Shown: positions 1 to 11,696, counted from the first letter of the whole stretch. The stretch: 63,228 nucleotides of DNA, filler included, from Sandaracinaceae bacterium (GCA_947483975.1; 11 parts of 11 records of this genome joined end to end with filler, not necessarily neighbours in it), one strand, 5' to 3'. Program-made: numbers and translations. The notes: generated by a model from the sequence alone, not told the origin.

Positions 1-636
1 CAGCAGCTTGCGCGCCCGACACCGCACATGAAGCCGCGCGCCGTCCGCGATCGCGCGGGGCACATAGCTCACGTCCATGCTCTGCCGCGCGTCGTTCGGG
101 CAACCCTGCAGGCAGCGCCCGGCGCCGCGGCAGTCCTTCGTGTTGCGGTGAATCACGCGCCCGGGCAGGCCGAGGGCCGCCGCGCCGCGCGCCATGCGCT
201 CGTTGTTCCCGCCGCGCACCTCCGCGTCGGTCTCGTGGATGTTCAGCTCGTCTTCGAGGCGCTCGAACGTCTCCTCGAGCCCCTGCGCGTCGAGCAGCTC
301 CGCGAGCCCGAAGCGCTCGATCCAGTCCGCGCGCACGTCCTCCGGCAGCCGCCAGATGATGCCGCTGTTGATCGCCGTGCTGCCGCCGACGCACTTGCCT
401 TGCAGCAGCGGGATCGGGTGCCCGCCGCGCGTCGTCTGCGTCGCGAAGTCGCGCATCGACTGCGCCATCGAGTCGAGCAGCTCCCGCGGCCGCGCGCCCG
501 CCCGCAGCTGCGGCCCCTCCTCGAGCATCACGACGCCATGCCCCGCGGCGGCGAGCACGCGCGCGGCCGTCGCGCCCCCGGCGCCCGTGCCGATGATGAC
601 GAAGTCCGTCTCGTCGACGATGCGCTGCTGACCCAT
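1..636 (-). CDS. GMC-family oxidoreductase, N-terminal part (runs off window start)
   Basis: Manual translation gives MGQQRIVDETDFVIIGTGAGG (FAD-binding GxGxxG), GKCVGGSTAINSG and CRGAGRCLQGCP. The start overlaps the stop of the upstream ORF. Confidence 0.85.
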   Translation of the reverse strand, partial: MGQQRIVDETDFVIIGTGAGGATAARVLAAAGHGVVMLEEGPQLRAGARPRELLDSMAQSMRDFATQTTRGGHPIPLLQGKCVGGSTAINSGIIWRLPEDVRADWIERFGLAELLDAQGLEETFERLEDELNIHETDAEVRGGNNERMARGAAALGLPGRVIHRNTKDCRGAGRCLQGCPNDARQSMDVSYVPRAIADGARLHVRCRARKLL

Positions 637-1154
637 CACGCCACCTCTCGCTGGGCGAGCATCGGGAGCCGCACGCGGGCGCGCTCACCCGAGTCTTCGA
701 GCTCGTCGTGTGCCTCAACCGGCGTGCGCTGCGCCGCGTCGGCGAGCCGCGCGTCCTGCGCGTCCTCGTAGTGCGAGCGAGTGCGCAGCGCCGCGACGCG
801 GAAGATCGCGAACGACGCGCAGAGCTTCAGCAGCACCGTCAGCTCGCGCACGATCATCCAGCGGTGCGTCAGCATGTCGCCGAGCAGCGCGGCGCGGCGC
901 TCAGGGGAGAGCGCGAGCGCCGTCGTCGCGCGGCCCCAAACGAGCAGCGGTCCGAGCACCGACAGCCAGAGCGCGAGCCGCATGCCGACCGCCGCGAGCC
1001 GCGTCGTCGAGCGGCACATCGTCTCGAACGCGCCGACGTAGTCGACTTGCCCGAGCGAGGGCGCGAGCCCCGGCCCGCTCGCCGGCGCGAACGCCCCGAC
1101 CATCGTGTCCGCCCAGCTGCGCTCGAAGCCCGTCAGTCGTTCGAAGTGGATCAT
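636..1154 (-). CDS. Hypothetical protein, probable small partner subunit of the GMC oxidoreductase
   Basis: 172-aa ORF translationally coupled to both neighbours. Partner role is inferred from its position before a GMC gene. Confidence 0.6.
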   Translation of the reverse strand: MIHFERLTGFERSWADTMVGAFAPASGPGLAPSLGQVDYVGAFETMCRSTTRLAAVGMRLALWLSVLGPLLVWGRATTALALSPERRAALLGDMLTHRWMIVRELTVLLKLCASFAIFRVAALRTRSHYEDAQDARLADAAQRTPVEAHDELEDSGERARVRLPMLAQREVA

Positions 1155-2035
1155 CGCTCGTCCTCCTTGCGGTCGCCGTCGTCCGTTCCGTCGTCGTTCG
1201 TTCCGTCGTCGTCCGTCCCGTCGTCGTCCGTTCCGTCGTCGTTCGTGTCGGCGGGCGCCTCGTCGGGCGTCTCGGCCGCGCGTCGTCTTGCTTCGCGGCG
1301 CGCGCGCTCGGCGTGCTCCGAGAGCTCGCCGATGACCTCGAGCACGCGCTGATCGAGCCGGTCGAGCAGGCGCCGCGTCATCTTCCGCGCGCCCTGCGCG
1401 TCGCGCGCCTCGACGAGGTCGAGCATCCGTCGGTAGGCCGCGAGCGTGCGGCGCGGGTCGGCGAGGAACGCGTGCTCGATGCCGGGCTGCCCCTCGATCT
1501 GTCGCACGATCGTGTTGAACAGGAGCTCGAGCGCGAGGTTATGCGTCGCGCGGACGAGCTTCCTCGCGAAGCCGAGATCCGCCGCCATCAGCCGCGCGGG
1601 CTCCGCGATCAGCGCCTCTTGATGCTGTACGTGCGCCCGCAGGTTCACGAGCTCCGACGCGGACGCGCGCTCGGCGACGAGCCCGACGACCTCCACGGCG
1701 AGCGAGCGCCGCAGCTCGAGCAGATCCGCGAGCAACGCGACGGGCACGCGCCCGCCCTCGAGCGACGAGCGCGCGAGGTAGCCGACGAGCTCGAGCCCGC
1801 CCGTCTCGCGATAGTCGAGGACGCGCGTGCCCGAGCCGTGCCGCGGGCGCAGCAGCCCCTCGCCCTCGAGCCGGGTGAGCGCCGCCCGCAGCGTCAGGCG
1901 GCTGACCCCGAGCTCCTCGCAGAGGTCGCGCTCAGGCGGCAGGTCGTTCCCCGGCGTCAGCGCGCCGCTGAGGATGCGCGCGCGCAGGCCGTTCGCCGTC
2001 TCGTCTACCGCCGTCTTGCGCCCCGCCTCGGCCAT
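1151..2035 (-). CDS. GntR/FadR-family transcriptional regulator with acidic repeat tail
   Basis: wHTH LPPERDLCEELGVSRLTLRAAL..LEGEGLL..RHGSGT, an FCD-like C-domain, and a tail of DDGTD/N repeats. Confidence 0.9.
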   Translation of the reverse strand: MAEAGRKTAVDETANGLRARILSGALTPGNDLPPERDLCEELGVSRLTLRAALTRLEGEGLLRPRHGSGTRVLDYRETGGLELVGYLARSSLEGGRVPVALLADLLELRRSLAVEVVGLVAERASASELVNLRAHVQHQEALIAEPARLMAADLGFARKLVRATHNLALELLFNTIVRQIEGQPGIEHAFLADPRRTLAAYRRMLDLVEARDAQGARKMTRRLLDRLDQRVLEVIGELSEHAERARREARRRAAETPDEAPADTNDDGTDDDGTDDDGTNDDGTDDGDRKEDER

Positions 2036-2289
2036 CTGCGTCCCCCTCGTCGCCTGCTCCGACCGGACCAGCGCGCCAAGAGGTATTACCAGCCGATCGG
2101 CCTGTGCGCACTTCTTTTCTCGCCTGGTGCGTAAAGTATTTCGCGGTCGCGCCAGCGAGTCCTCGCGCCGTCGCTGTCGGGTGCTAGTGCGGGTGCGCGC
2201 GGATGGCCGCGAACACCGACGCGGCGTGGCTCGCGTGCTGGCGGGCCCGGACCGCGCGTTTCCAACCAAGAACGCGGGAGCAAACGCTG

Positions 2290-3654
2290 ATGCGGAAGTC
2301 GAAGGATTGGACGTCGTGGGCGGCCCTCGGGCTGTTCGCCGTGCTCGCGGGTTGCGCGGGCGCGACGGGCCCGGCGGGGCACGATGGGACCCTCGGGGAG
2401 CCAGGGCGCGTCGGTGAGCCGGGGCAGCCCGGCGAGCCGGCGCAGGTGGACCTCCTCAACGCGCGCTTGGGCGGATGGCTGCCGGAGAACCGCGCAGCGC
2501 TGAACGCCCTGCTCGCGTCGCGCGGGCGCACGAGCGCCGCGTTCGACCCGATGCGCCCGCCCGTCGCGGTGTTCGACTGGGACAACACCGTGCTCAAGAA
2601 CGACATCGGCGACGCGACGTTCTTCTGGATGGTCAACAACGACAAGATCCTGCAACCGCCCGCCCGCGACTGGTCGCTGACGAACATCGCCCTGACGATG
2701 CGGGCGCGCGCCGCGCTCAACGCAGCCTGCGACCGGCTCGCCGCGCCCCGCGCGCCGCTCCCGACCGGCGCTGGCACGGCCGCCTCCAACGCCTGCGCCG
2801 ACGCGCTCTACGCCATCTACTCGCTCGGGCGCGTCCCGCCGGGCGGCGCGGGCGACGCGGCCGCGTGGACCGGCGAGGTCACCACGACGATCAACCAGCC
2901 CTACGCGTGGCTCGCGCAGCTGATGGCGGGGTACCGCCCCCAAGACATCCGCGACTTCGCGCAGGCGGCGTTCGACGAGAACAACTGGGCTCCGATCGGC
3001 GCGACGCAGACGGTCGGCACGCTGACGACGGCGACCGGCTACGTCCGAATCTACGAGCAGATGGCGGACCTCATCGACGCGCTCGACGCTGCGGGGTTCG
3101 ATGTCTGGATCGTCAGCGCGTCCCCGCAGTACGCCGTCGAACAAGTCGCGCGCGAGGTCGGCATCGAGCGCGACCATGTGGTCGGCATCCGCTCCGTGGT
3201 GACCGAGGGGCGGCTGACCTACGACCTCCAGGGCTGCGGTCCGGTGGCCGACCGCGAAGACACGCTGATCACCTTCGACGAGGGCAAGCGCTGCTGGATC
3301 AACCAGGTGATCTTCCACATCCCCGCAGCGACCGCGCTCGAGCGCGCCCCCGTCGCGCAGCGCCCGGTCCTCGTCGGCGGGGACTCCGACACGGACATCG
3401 CGATGATCAAGGACGCGACCGACGTGAAGGTCGTGCTCAACCGCAACAAGACGCAGCTGATGTGCAACGCCTACGCGGGGGCGCGCGAGCGCTGGCTGAT
3501 TCAGCCGATGTTCCTCGCGCCCAATGCGTGTCGCGCGACGCCCTACGCCTGCGACACGGCGGTCGATGCGGCGGGTGTGCGCATCGTCGATGAGGCGGGC
3601 GCGCCGTTCTCGACGACCTTCACCGACACGATCTGCACGCTGCCCGCGCCCTGA
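2290..3654 (+). CDS. HAD-superfamily phosphatase lipoprotein with short collagen-like stalk
   Basis: Lipobox LAGC followed by about 9 Gly-X-Y triplets. HAD motif I VFDWDNT, motif II VSAS, motif IV GGDSDTD. Confidence 0.8.
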   Translation: MRKSKDWTSWAALGLFAVLAGCAGATGPAGHDGTLGEPGRVGEPGQPGEPAQVDLLNARLGGWLPENRAALNALLASRGRTSAAFDPMRPPVAVFDWDNTVLKNDIGDATFFWMVNNDKILQPPARDWSLTNIALTMRARAALNAACDRLAAPRAPLPTGAGTAASNACADALYAIYSLGRVPPGGAGDAAAWTGEVTTTINQPYAWLAQLMAGYRPQDIRDFAQAAFDENNWAPIGATQTVGTLTTATGYVRIYEQMADLIDALDAAGFDVWIVSASPQYAVEQVAREVGIERDHVVGIRSVVTEGRLTYDLQGCGPVADREDTLITFDEGKRCWINQVIFHIPAATALERAPVAQRPVLVGGDSDTDIAMIKDATDVKVVLNRNKTQLMCNAYAGARERWLIQPMFLAPNACRATPYACDTAVDAAGVRIVDEAGAPFSTTFTDTICTLPAP

Positions 3655-3771
3655 CGCCGGGGCGTCCGCAGGGCTCAGAGAGGCGCGGCGGCCGCGCGCA
3701 CGAACGACGGAAACAGAGACGGGTCCGGGCGAGCGCCTGGACCCGTGCTTCTTGGAACGGTGGTTGGCAGC

Positions 3772-4397
3772 TCAGTAGTCGAGCGTGTCGCGGAGCTGCT
3801 GGCTCGGCTGCGGCGAAGGGTCGCCCGCGTTCGGGCGCGTGCGGTCGCTCGGCTGAGGGGAAGGATCGCCCGCGTTGGGGCGCGTCGCCGCGGTGTCAGG
3901 CGCCGCCGCGGTGGTCTGAGGCGTGCTCGGCTGCGGAGAAGGGTCTCCCGAGACGAGCCCGGTCCGGTAGGTCAGCGTCCCGTGCTGCGCGGTCCGCGCG
4001 AGCTTGCCGAGGTGATCGGCCGGGCCTCCGCCCTCGCCCGTGTTCCCCTCGAGCTCTTCAGCGACGGCGCTCGCAGAGTCGACGCAGAGCACGACCCCAT
4101 CGACGAGCACGACGCGCAGCTCAGGCTCGCCCTCCGCGAGCATGACCTGCAGCGGCTCGGTCGTGTCGAGCAGCCCCTCGCAGCCTGCCTCCGCGCTCAG
4201 CCAAGCCGCGCGCGGCAGCGCCTCCCCGGGCGCAGAGTTGAGGTCCGAGGTAGTCGCTCCGACCGCGTCCGCCGCGCCGAGCGCACAGCCCCCGAGCGCC
4301 AAGCAGAGCAGAGCCGCGCCGAGCGCTCCGGTTCCCATCGTCCTGTGTCCCAGCCCACGCCTAGCCATGACGGCCCCCTCATACGATTCGTGCATGA

Positions 4398-4401
<4 letters not shown>
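3772..4401 (-). CDS. Hypothetical lipoprotein with three GDPSPQPS repeats
   Basis: Signal/lipobox [18 protein letters not shown] occurs three times near the C-terminus. True start may be downstream of 4401. Confidence 0.6.
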
Positions 4402-5729
<1,328 letters not shown>

Positions 5730-5829
5730 NNNNNNNNNNNNNNNNNNNNNNNNNNNNNNNNNNNNNNNNNNNNTTAATTAATTAANNNNNNNNNNNNNNN
5801 NNNNNNNNNNNNNNNNNNNNNNNNNNNNN
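5730..5829. other. Artificial contig-joining linker (N run + TTAATTAATTAA + N run). Identical linkers at 11552-11651, 17358-17457, 23157-23256, 28945-29044, 34707-34806, 40437-40536, 46157-46256, 51856-51955 and 57543-57642
   Basis: Identical 100-nt spacers with stops in all six frames. The flanked segments decrease steadily in length (5722, 5706, 5699 ... 5587). Confidence 0.98.
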
Positions 5830-5830
5830 C

Positions 5831-6505
5831 GAGGGGCCGCCGGGCGCGAGCGAGGGAGACGCCGAGCCGACGCTCAGCATCGAGCAGGCGTTCGCGGCGC
5901 TCGCGCGGGACCTCGCGCGCGTGCAGAAGAAGCTCGAGCAGCAGCTCCCCGCGGCGACGACGCGGGCGCTCTCGGCGCTGTTGCTCGTGCTCGAGGACGG
6001 GCGCCTCGTGGAGTTGGCGGCGGAGGCGGCGAAGGAGCACGGCGTCGCGCGCGGGCTCAAGCGCGTGGCGCGGGAGTACGCGTTCGCGCCCTATCGCGCG
6101 GGCGGAGGCGGGCCCGCCGACGCTTGGCTCACCAACCGTTCGGCGGAGATCGAGGACCTCTGCCTGCTCGCGGCGGCGCGCGCGCTCGGGCGCCGAGTGC
6201 CTGGGTCGGGCGCCGTCGTGATGGTGCCGGAGCGGCTCGGGGCCTTCATCGCGCTCGCGGCGATCGCGCACAAGACGGCCGCGCTCGTCGTCGACGCGCC
6301 GCTCGCGCTCGACGCGGCGGAGGACCCATCGTCGCTCGGGGCGCGGCTCGCCATCGCCGCCGGGCTGCCCGTCGTCGCCGACGTCGCGGGGCTCTTCGCC
6401 TGGGCGCGCGCGGACGACCCGGTGCTCGTCGACGGCGCGAGCGGCATCGTGCGCATCAACCCGCCGGCGAGCGCCATCGCGCGGCTGAAGAGCGAGCGAC
6501 CGTAG
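5831..6505 (+). CDS. PTS Enzyme I-like fragment ending in a degenerate PEP-utilising mobile (swivel) domain (5' truncated)
   Basis: RSAEIEDL resembles the EI helical domain; LAIAAGLPVV..DDPVLVDGASGIVRINPP is the mobile-domain signature. The stop follows directly. Confidence 0.6.
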   Translation, partial: EGPPGASEGDAEPTLSIEQAFAALARDLARVQKKLEQQLPAATTRALSALLLVLEDGRLVELAAEAAKEHGVARGLKRVAREYAFAPYRAGGGGPADAWLTNRSAEIEDLCLLAAARALGRRVPGSGAVVMVPERLGAFIALAAIAHKTAALVVDAPLALDAAEDPSSLGARLAIAAGLPVVADVAGLFAWARADDPVLVDGASGIVRINPPASAIARLKSERP

Positions 6506-6576
6506 GGGCGCGGGGCGCTCCGCAGAAGCAATTACAGACCCGCGCGCGGCGACTTGGTATCGTGCCGCCCGACGCG

Positions 6577-9072
6577 ATGCGGCCACGCCCGACACGACGG
6601 TTCGACGCTCTCGCCGCTTGGACCTGCGCAGCGCTCGTGGGGCTCTCGCTCACCCCGCACGCGCGCGCGCAGGACGCGGGCGTGCGCGACGCTGCCCCGC
6701 CCGCGCTCACGCCGCCGCGCTTGCTGAGCGGCGCGGAGCTCACGCTGCCGGACGGCACGGAGCCCTTGCCGAGCGGGAGCGCGGTCGAGCTTCAGCTCGA
6801 TCTCGGCGCCGACGGCGCGGTGCGTGAGGTGCTCGTCTTGACGCCGCTCCGCGCGGACATCGACCCGCTCGTCGTCGAGGCTGCGCGCACGATGCGCTTC
6901 GAGCCGGCGCGGCGCGGCGAGACGGCGATCCCCGCGCGCGTGCGCTTTCGCTTCGGCGTGCGAGCTGACGCCGACACGACCGCAGCGGTGGGCGCAGACG
7001 CCGGCGCGACCGCAGCGGTGGGCGCAGACGCCGACGCGACCGCAGCGCTGGGCGGTGATGCGGGCGCTCCCAGCGACTCGGCTTCGGACGCGGGCGCTCC
7101 GAGCGTCGCCGACGCTGGCGTCCCGACGACGGCCCCCGACGAGCCCATTCACTCGTTCAGCGCGCGCGCCCTCGTCGTGCCCCGGGAGACCGGCGCCGCG
7201 ACGCGCGTCGTGCTGACGGCAGAAGAGCTCTCGACCGTGCCCGGCACCTTCGGCGAGCCGCTGCGCGTCGTCGCCTCGCTCCCCGGCGTCGCGCGCTCAC
7301 CGTTCGGGCTCGGCTACTACGTCGTGCGCGGCGCGGCGTTCGAGAACACCGGCTTCTTCGTGGACGGCTTCCAGGTGCCGCTCCTCTATCACCTCGCGGC
7401 GGGCCCGGCGGTCATCTCGTCACGGCTCGTCGATCAGCTCGACTTCTATCCGGGCGGCTATCCCGTGCGGTACGGGCGCCTCAACGCCGGGATCATCGCG
7501 CTGCACACCGCGCCGCCCGACCGCGACACGTTCTCGTTCGAGCTCGAGCTCGACGTCTTTCGCGCGAGCGCGCTCGCCGTGCTGCCGCTGCCCGAGCACA
7601 AGGGCGCCATCGCGGTCGCGTTTCGCCGCAGCTACTACGAGCTGGTGCTGCCGCTGCTGATCGACGGCATCTCGCTCTCGTTCACTGACTGGCAGGTGCG
7701 CCTCGACTACAAGCTGAGCCGCCGGGTGAAGGCGTCGCTCTTCGTGTTCGGCTCGAGCGACACGCTCGACACCGAGACGGCGCTCGGCACCGGGAGGACG
7801 GCGACGACCTCGACGACGGGCGTCGGCTACGGCTTCACGCGCGCCATCGCGAAGGTCGAGGCGCGGCTCTCAGGGCAGCTGCGCTGCTCGTGGAGCGGCA
7901 CCATCGGGCAAGACACGACCTCGACGCAGATGCGCGAGGGCGGCGCGGCGGGGCTCTCGCTCGGCATCGGCGCGACGGTGTTCGGCGAGCGCCTCGACCT
8001 CAGCTGGCAGCCGACGACGCACCTGCGCACCGACGTCGGGCTCGACCTCGCGGGCTACGCGATCGCGATGAACGCGGCGCTGCCGCTGCCGCCGGGCTTC
8101 GGCGAGATCCCGAGCCCGGACTTCGCGCCGCAGACGTTTCACTTCGACGTCTCGCTGATCGCGCTCGGCGTCGGGGCGTTCGTCGAGCAGAAGGTCGAGC
8201 TCGGCCCGCTCGAGCTGACGGGCGGGCTGCGCGTCGATCAGTATCGCTACGGCGAGGTCTCGACCGCGCTGCTCGAGCCGCGCCTCGTCGCGCGCCTCAC
8301 GCTCTCGGACGTCGTCACGCTGAAGGCGGCGACGGGGCTCTTCTCGCAGACGCCGCAGCCGTTTCAGCTCTTGCCGAACCTCGGCTCGCCGAGCCTCTCG
8401 CCGAACCGCTCGTGGCAGTCGTCTGCGGGCGTCGACCTGAAGCTGCCCGCGTCCATCGAGGTCGAGTCGCAGCTCTATTACACGCAGATGTACGGCCTCG
8501 CGCGCCCCTCGACGGGGCTCGTGCCGGACGGCGAAGGCGCGCGGCGGCAGTTCTTCTTCGACGACGGCGAGGGGCGCTCGTACGGCTTCGAGCTGCTCGT
8601 GCGCCGCAAGATCGCGGACGGGCTCTACGGCTGGCTCAGCTACACGCTCTCGCGGAGCGAGCGCTTCGTCGAGGGGCACGACGCCGTGCCGTTCACCTTC
8701 GATCAGACGCATATGCTGAACCTCGCCGCGAGCTACAAGCTCTGGCGCTTCCGCTTCGGCGCGCGCTTTCAGCTCGCGAGCGGGCGCCCGATGCAGGCGG
8801 TGACGGGCGCCGTCTACGACGCGGACTCGACGGATTACTCGCCCATCCTCACGGGGCTGACGGCGCGGCTGCCCATCTATCATCAGCTCGATCTGCGCGT
8901 GGACTACGAGTTCCCGCTCGGTCCGTTCGAGGCGTCGGTCTTCGTGGACGGGCTCAACGTGTACAACGCGCAAAACGCGGAAGGCTTGCAGTATCAGTAC
9001 GACTTCAAGCGCAGCTTCCGATTGCCCGGCTTGCCCGCGCTCGCCACGCTCGGCTTCAGGCTGGTGTACTGA
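6577..9072 (+). CDS. TonB-dependent receptor with N-terminal TonB C-terminal-like domain
   Basis: Signal peptide, TonB_C-like segment (GAVREV..FEPARRG), plug VPGTFGEPLRVVASLPGV, YPGGYPVRYGR, GRSYGFELL and a C-terminal beta strand LGFRLVY. Confidence 0.9.
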   Translation: MRPRPTRRFDALAAWTCAALVGLSLTPHARAQDAGVRDAAPPALTPPRLLSGAELTLPDGTEPLPSGSAVELQLDLGADGAVREVLVLTPLRADIDPLVVEAARTMRFEPARRGETAIPARVRFRFGVRADADTTAAVGADAGATAAVGADADATAALGGDAGAPSDSASDAGAPSVADAGVPTTAPDEPIHSFSARALVVPRETGAATRVVLTAEELSTVPGTFGEPLRVVASLPGVARSPFGLGYYVVRGAAFENTGFFVDGFQVPLLYHLAAGPAVISSRLVDQLDFYPGGYPVRYGRLNAGIIALHTAPPDRDTFSFELELDVFRASALAVLPLPEHKGAIAVAFRRSYYELVLPLLIDGISLSFTDWQVRLDYKLSRRVKASLFVFGSSDTLDTETALGTGRTATTSTTGVGYGFTRAIAKVEARLSGQLRCSWSGTIGQDTTSTQMREGGAAGLSLGIGATVFGERLDLSWQPTTHLRTDVGLDLAGYAIAMNAALPLPPGFGEIPSPDFAPQTFHFDVSLIALGVGAFVEQKVELGPLELTGGLRVDQYRYGEVSTALLEPRLVARLTLSDVVTLKAATGLFSQTPQPFQLLPNLGSPSLSPNRSWQSSAGVDLKLPASIEVESQLYYTQMYGLARPSTGLVPDGEGARRQFFFDDGEGRSYGFELLVRRKIADGLYGWLSYTLSRSERFVEGHDAVPFTFDQTHMLNLAASYKLWRFRFGARFQLASGRPMQAVTGAVYDADSTDYSPILTGLTARLPIYHQLDLRVDYEFPLGPFEASVFVDGLNVYNAQNAEGLQYQYDFKRSFRLPGLPALATLGFRLVY
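6967..7056 (+). repeat. Three imperfect 30-bp in-frame tandem repeats (DADTTAAVGA-like linker) in the TBDR
   Basis: gacgccgacacgaccgcagcggtgggcgca and two variants in tandem. Confidence 0.75.
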
Positions 9073-9073
9073 G

Positions 9074-10123
9074 ATGAGCTCACGCGCCCCAAGACTGACG
9101 CTCTCAGTGCTCGTCGCGCTCGCGGCGCTCGGCGCCTCGGCGTGCATCCCCACGGCGAACTTCGACGAGCGCTCGAAGGTGAAGTCGCCGCGCATCCTCG
9201 CGATCGTCGCCGATCACCCGGAGCTCGGACCGGGCGACTCCACGACGCTGTCGGTGCTCTTCGCGGACCCGCTCGGCGGGGGGCGCGCGGTGAAGTATCG
9301 CTGGACCGCGTGCGTCGCGACGGAGTCGCTCGGCGGCGGGGGCGCCGGGCTGAACGGCGCGCAGTACGGGATGCAGGAGGCCGCCGCGGGCTGCTCCGAT
9401 CCGGCGGCGGCATACGACCTCGGCGAGGGCGAGACCGCCCTCTTGGTCGCGCCGCCCGAGGCGACCATCGACGTGCTCGTCGCGCGCTTTCGCGAGCTGG
9501 TCGGCAGCGCGATCTCGGACGCGTACGTCGAGCGCCTGCTGACGGATGTCGGGCTGCAGCTCACCGTGCAGGTCGCCGTCTACACCGACGGCGCGGCGGG
9601 CGAGGAGCTGCTGACGACGGGCTTCAAGCGCGTCGTCGTCAGCCGCCGCGCGCAGAAGGGCACGAACCCGCCGCGCCCGCGCTTCGCGGTCGGCGACTAC
9701 GGCGTGATCAGCGCGTACGCGCCGGGCGGCTCGGGCTTCGACTGCCTGACCGAGAGCGGCGAGCCGCTCGTCGTGCCCCCGCGGACGAGCCTCGCGCTGC
9801 GCCCAGATCCGACGCCGCAGGACCCGCTCGACACGGCGACGGACGAGCCGTGGACGCTCGACGCGACCTGCACGGACACCGACCCCGTCACCGAGTGCTA
9901 CGGCATCCTCGACCCGCAGGGCTTCTTCACGAACAAGCCCGAGGGCGCGTTCTATTCGTGGCTGATCACGGCGGGCGAGCTCTTCGAGGGCACGACGCTG
10001 CGCCCCGCGCGCGACGACGAGTGGACCTCGCCGGCCGCACCCGGCGACGTGACGATGTGGGTCATCACGCGCGACGGACACGGCGGCACCGCGGCCTGCC
10101 GCGCGACCATCACCGTGCGCTGA
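9074..10123 (+). CDS. Lipoprotein partner of the TBDR
   Basis: Lipobox ASAC, PRILAIVADHPE, NPPRP and WVITRDGHGG. Starts 1 nt after the TBDR stop. Confidence 0.7.
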   Translation: MSSRAPRLTLSVLVALAALGASACIPTANFDERSKVKSPRILAIVADHPELGPGDSTTLSVLFADPLGGGRAVKYRWTACVATESLGGGGAGLNGAQYGMQEAAAGCSDPAAAYDLGEGETALLVAPPEATIDVLVARFRELVGSAISDAYVERLLTDVGLQLTVQVAVYTDGAAGEELLTTGFKRVVVSRRAQKGTNPPRPRFAVGDYGVISAYAPGGSGFDCLTESGEPLVVPPRTSLALRPDPTPQDPLDTATDEPWTLDATCTDTDPVTECYGILDPQGFFTNKPEGAFYSWLITAGELFEGTTLRPARDDEWTSPAAPGDVTMWVITRDGHGGTAACRATITVR

Positions 10124-10162
10124 AGTGCTCTTGAACGCGCGCACCGCGGCGTGAGCGCGGGC

Positions 10163-10627
10163 CTACTCCCAACGGAGCGTGCCGGCGCGGGCGGCGGCGA
10201 AGAGCTCGTCTTGGCCGTGCGCGAGCGGGCTCGGGAGCGCGTCCTCGGGGAAGAGGCGCGCCTCGAGGATCTCGAGCGCGTTCGACGGGGGGCGCTCGGG
10301 CTCGCTGACGGTCGCCGCGACGACGACGGTGACGGCGTGAAAGCGGAGGTCGCGGTGCGGGCTCGACCAGACGCCGAGCAGCGCGCCCGGGGTGAGCACG
10401 CGCGCGCCGGTCTCCTCGGCGACCTCGCGGTCGAGCGCGGTGCGCAGCGTCTCGCCCCACTCGAGCGTGCCGCCCGGGAGCGCCCACTCGCCGGTGTCGC
10501 CGCGGCGCACGAGCAGGTAGCGGCCGTCCGCCGTGCGCGCGACCGCGAGCAGGCCGACGACGGGGCGACGCAGCACGTGCCGCGCGGCCTCTTTCACGAT
10601 GCCCCAGGCGGCGCGCGGGATCTTCAC
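10163..10627 (-). CDS. NUDIX hydrolase
   Basis: Nudix box GGTLEWGETLRTALDREVAEETG. Confidence 0.92.
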   Translation of the reverse strand: MKIPRAAWGIVKEAARHVLRRPVVGLLAVARTADGRYLLVRRGDTGEWALPGGTLEWGETLRTALDREVAEETGARVLTPGALLGVWSSPHRDLRFHAVTVVVAATVSEPERPPSNALEILEARLFPEDALPSPLAHGQDELFAAARAGTLRWE

Positions 10628-10698
10628 GGCGGGACCGTAGCAGCGCGCGGCGGCTCGAACGATGTTGACCGGCGTTCAACGTCGGCTAGCACTCTCCG

Positions 10699-11551
10699 AT
10701 GAGCCGAGCAGACGCGCGCGACTTCGAGGTAGCCATCGTGGGGACGGGCTTCTCCGGGCTCGCGGTGGGGCACTACCTCAAGCAGGCGGGCATCGAGTCG
10801 TTCGTCTTGTTGGAGAAGGCGGCAGAGGTCGGCGGCACCTGGCGCGAGAACACCTATCCGGGCGCGGCGTGCGATGTGATGTCGCACCTCTACTCGTTCT
10901 CGTTCGCGCCGAACCCGCGCTGGTCGCGCGTCTACTCACCGCAGCCCGAGATCCTCGCGTACCTGAAGCGCGTCGCCGCGAACGAGGGGCTCCTGCCGCA
11001 CTGCCGCTTTCACGCTGAGGTGCGCGGCGCGGACTTCGACGAGGCGAGCGGGCGCTGGACGGTGCGCCTCGCGGACGGCTCGACGGTGCGCGCGCGGTCG
11101 CTGATGCTCGGGAACGGCGGGCTGCATCTGCCGGCGACTCCGGAGCTTCCGGGGCGCGAGCGCTTCGAAGGGCCAGCGTTTCACTCGGCGTGCTGGGACC
11201 ACGGCGTCGACCTGCGCGGCAAGCGCGTCGGCGTGATCGGGACGGGCGCGAGCGCCATTCAGATCGTGCCGTCGATCGCGGCGCAGGTCGCGCAGCTGCA
11301 CGTCTTTCAGCGCAGCCCCGCGTGGGTCGTGCCGCGCCTCGACCGCGCGTACACGCCGCTCGAGCAGGCGATCTTCGCGCGCCTGCCGCTCGCGAGGCGC
11401 GCGCAGCGAGCCGCGATTTACTGGCGAAACGAGCTGACCAGCCTCGCCTTCGTCCGCGGCGCGCGCTTCGCGAAGCTCGCCGAGAGGATGGGCGTCGAGC
11501 ACCTGCGCGCCAGCGTCCCCGACCCCGCGCTGCGGTCCCGGCTCACGCCGA
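10699..11551 (+). CDS. Flavin-containing (Baeyer-Villiger-type) monooxygenase (3' truncated)
   Basis: GTGFSG, GGTWRENTYPGAACD, FEGPAFHSACWDH fingerprint and a second Rossmann motif VIGTGASAIQ. Confidence 0.93.
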
Positions 11552-11696
11552 NNNNNNNNNNNNNNNNNNNNNNNNNNNNNNNNNNNNNNNNNNNNTTAAT
11601 TAATTAANNNNNNNNNNNNNNNNNNNNNNNNNNNNNNNNNNNNNNNNNNNNAGGCGGCGCGAGCGACGCTGAGCGGCGGCCAGCGCTCGGCGCGGA

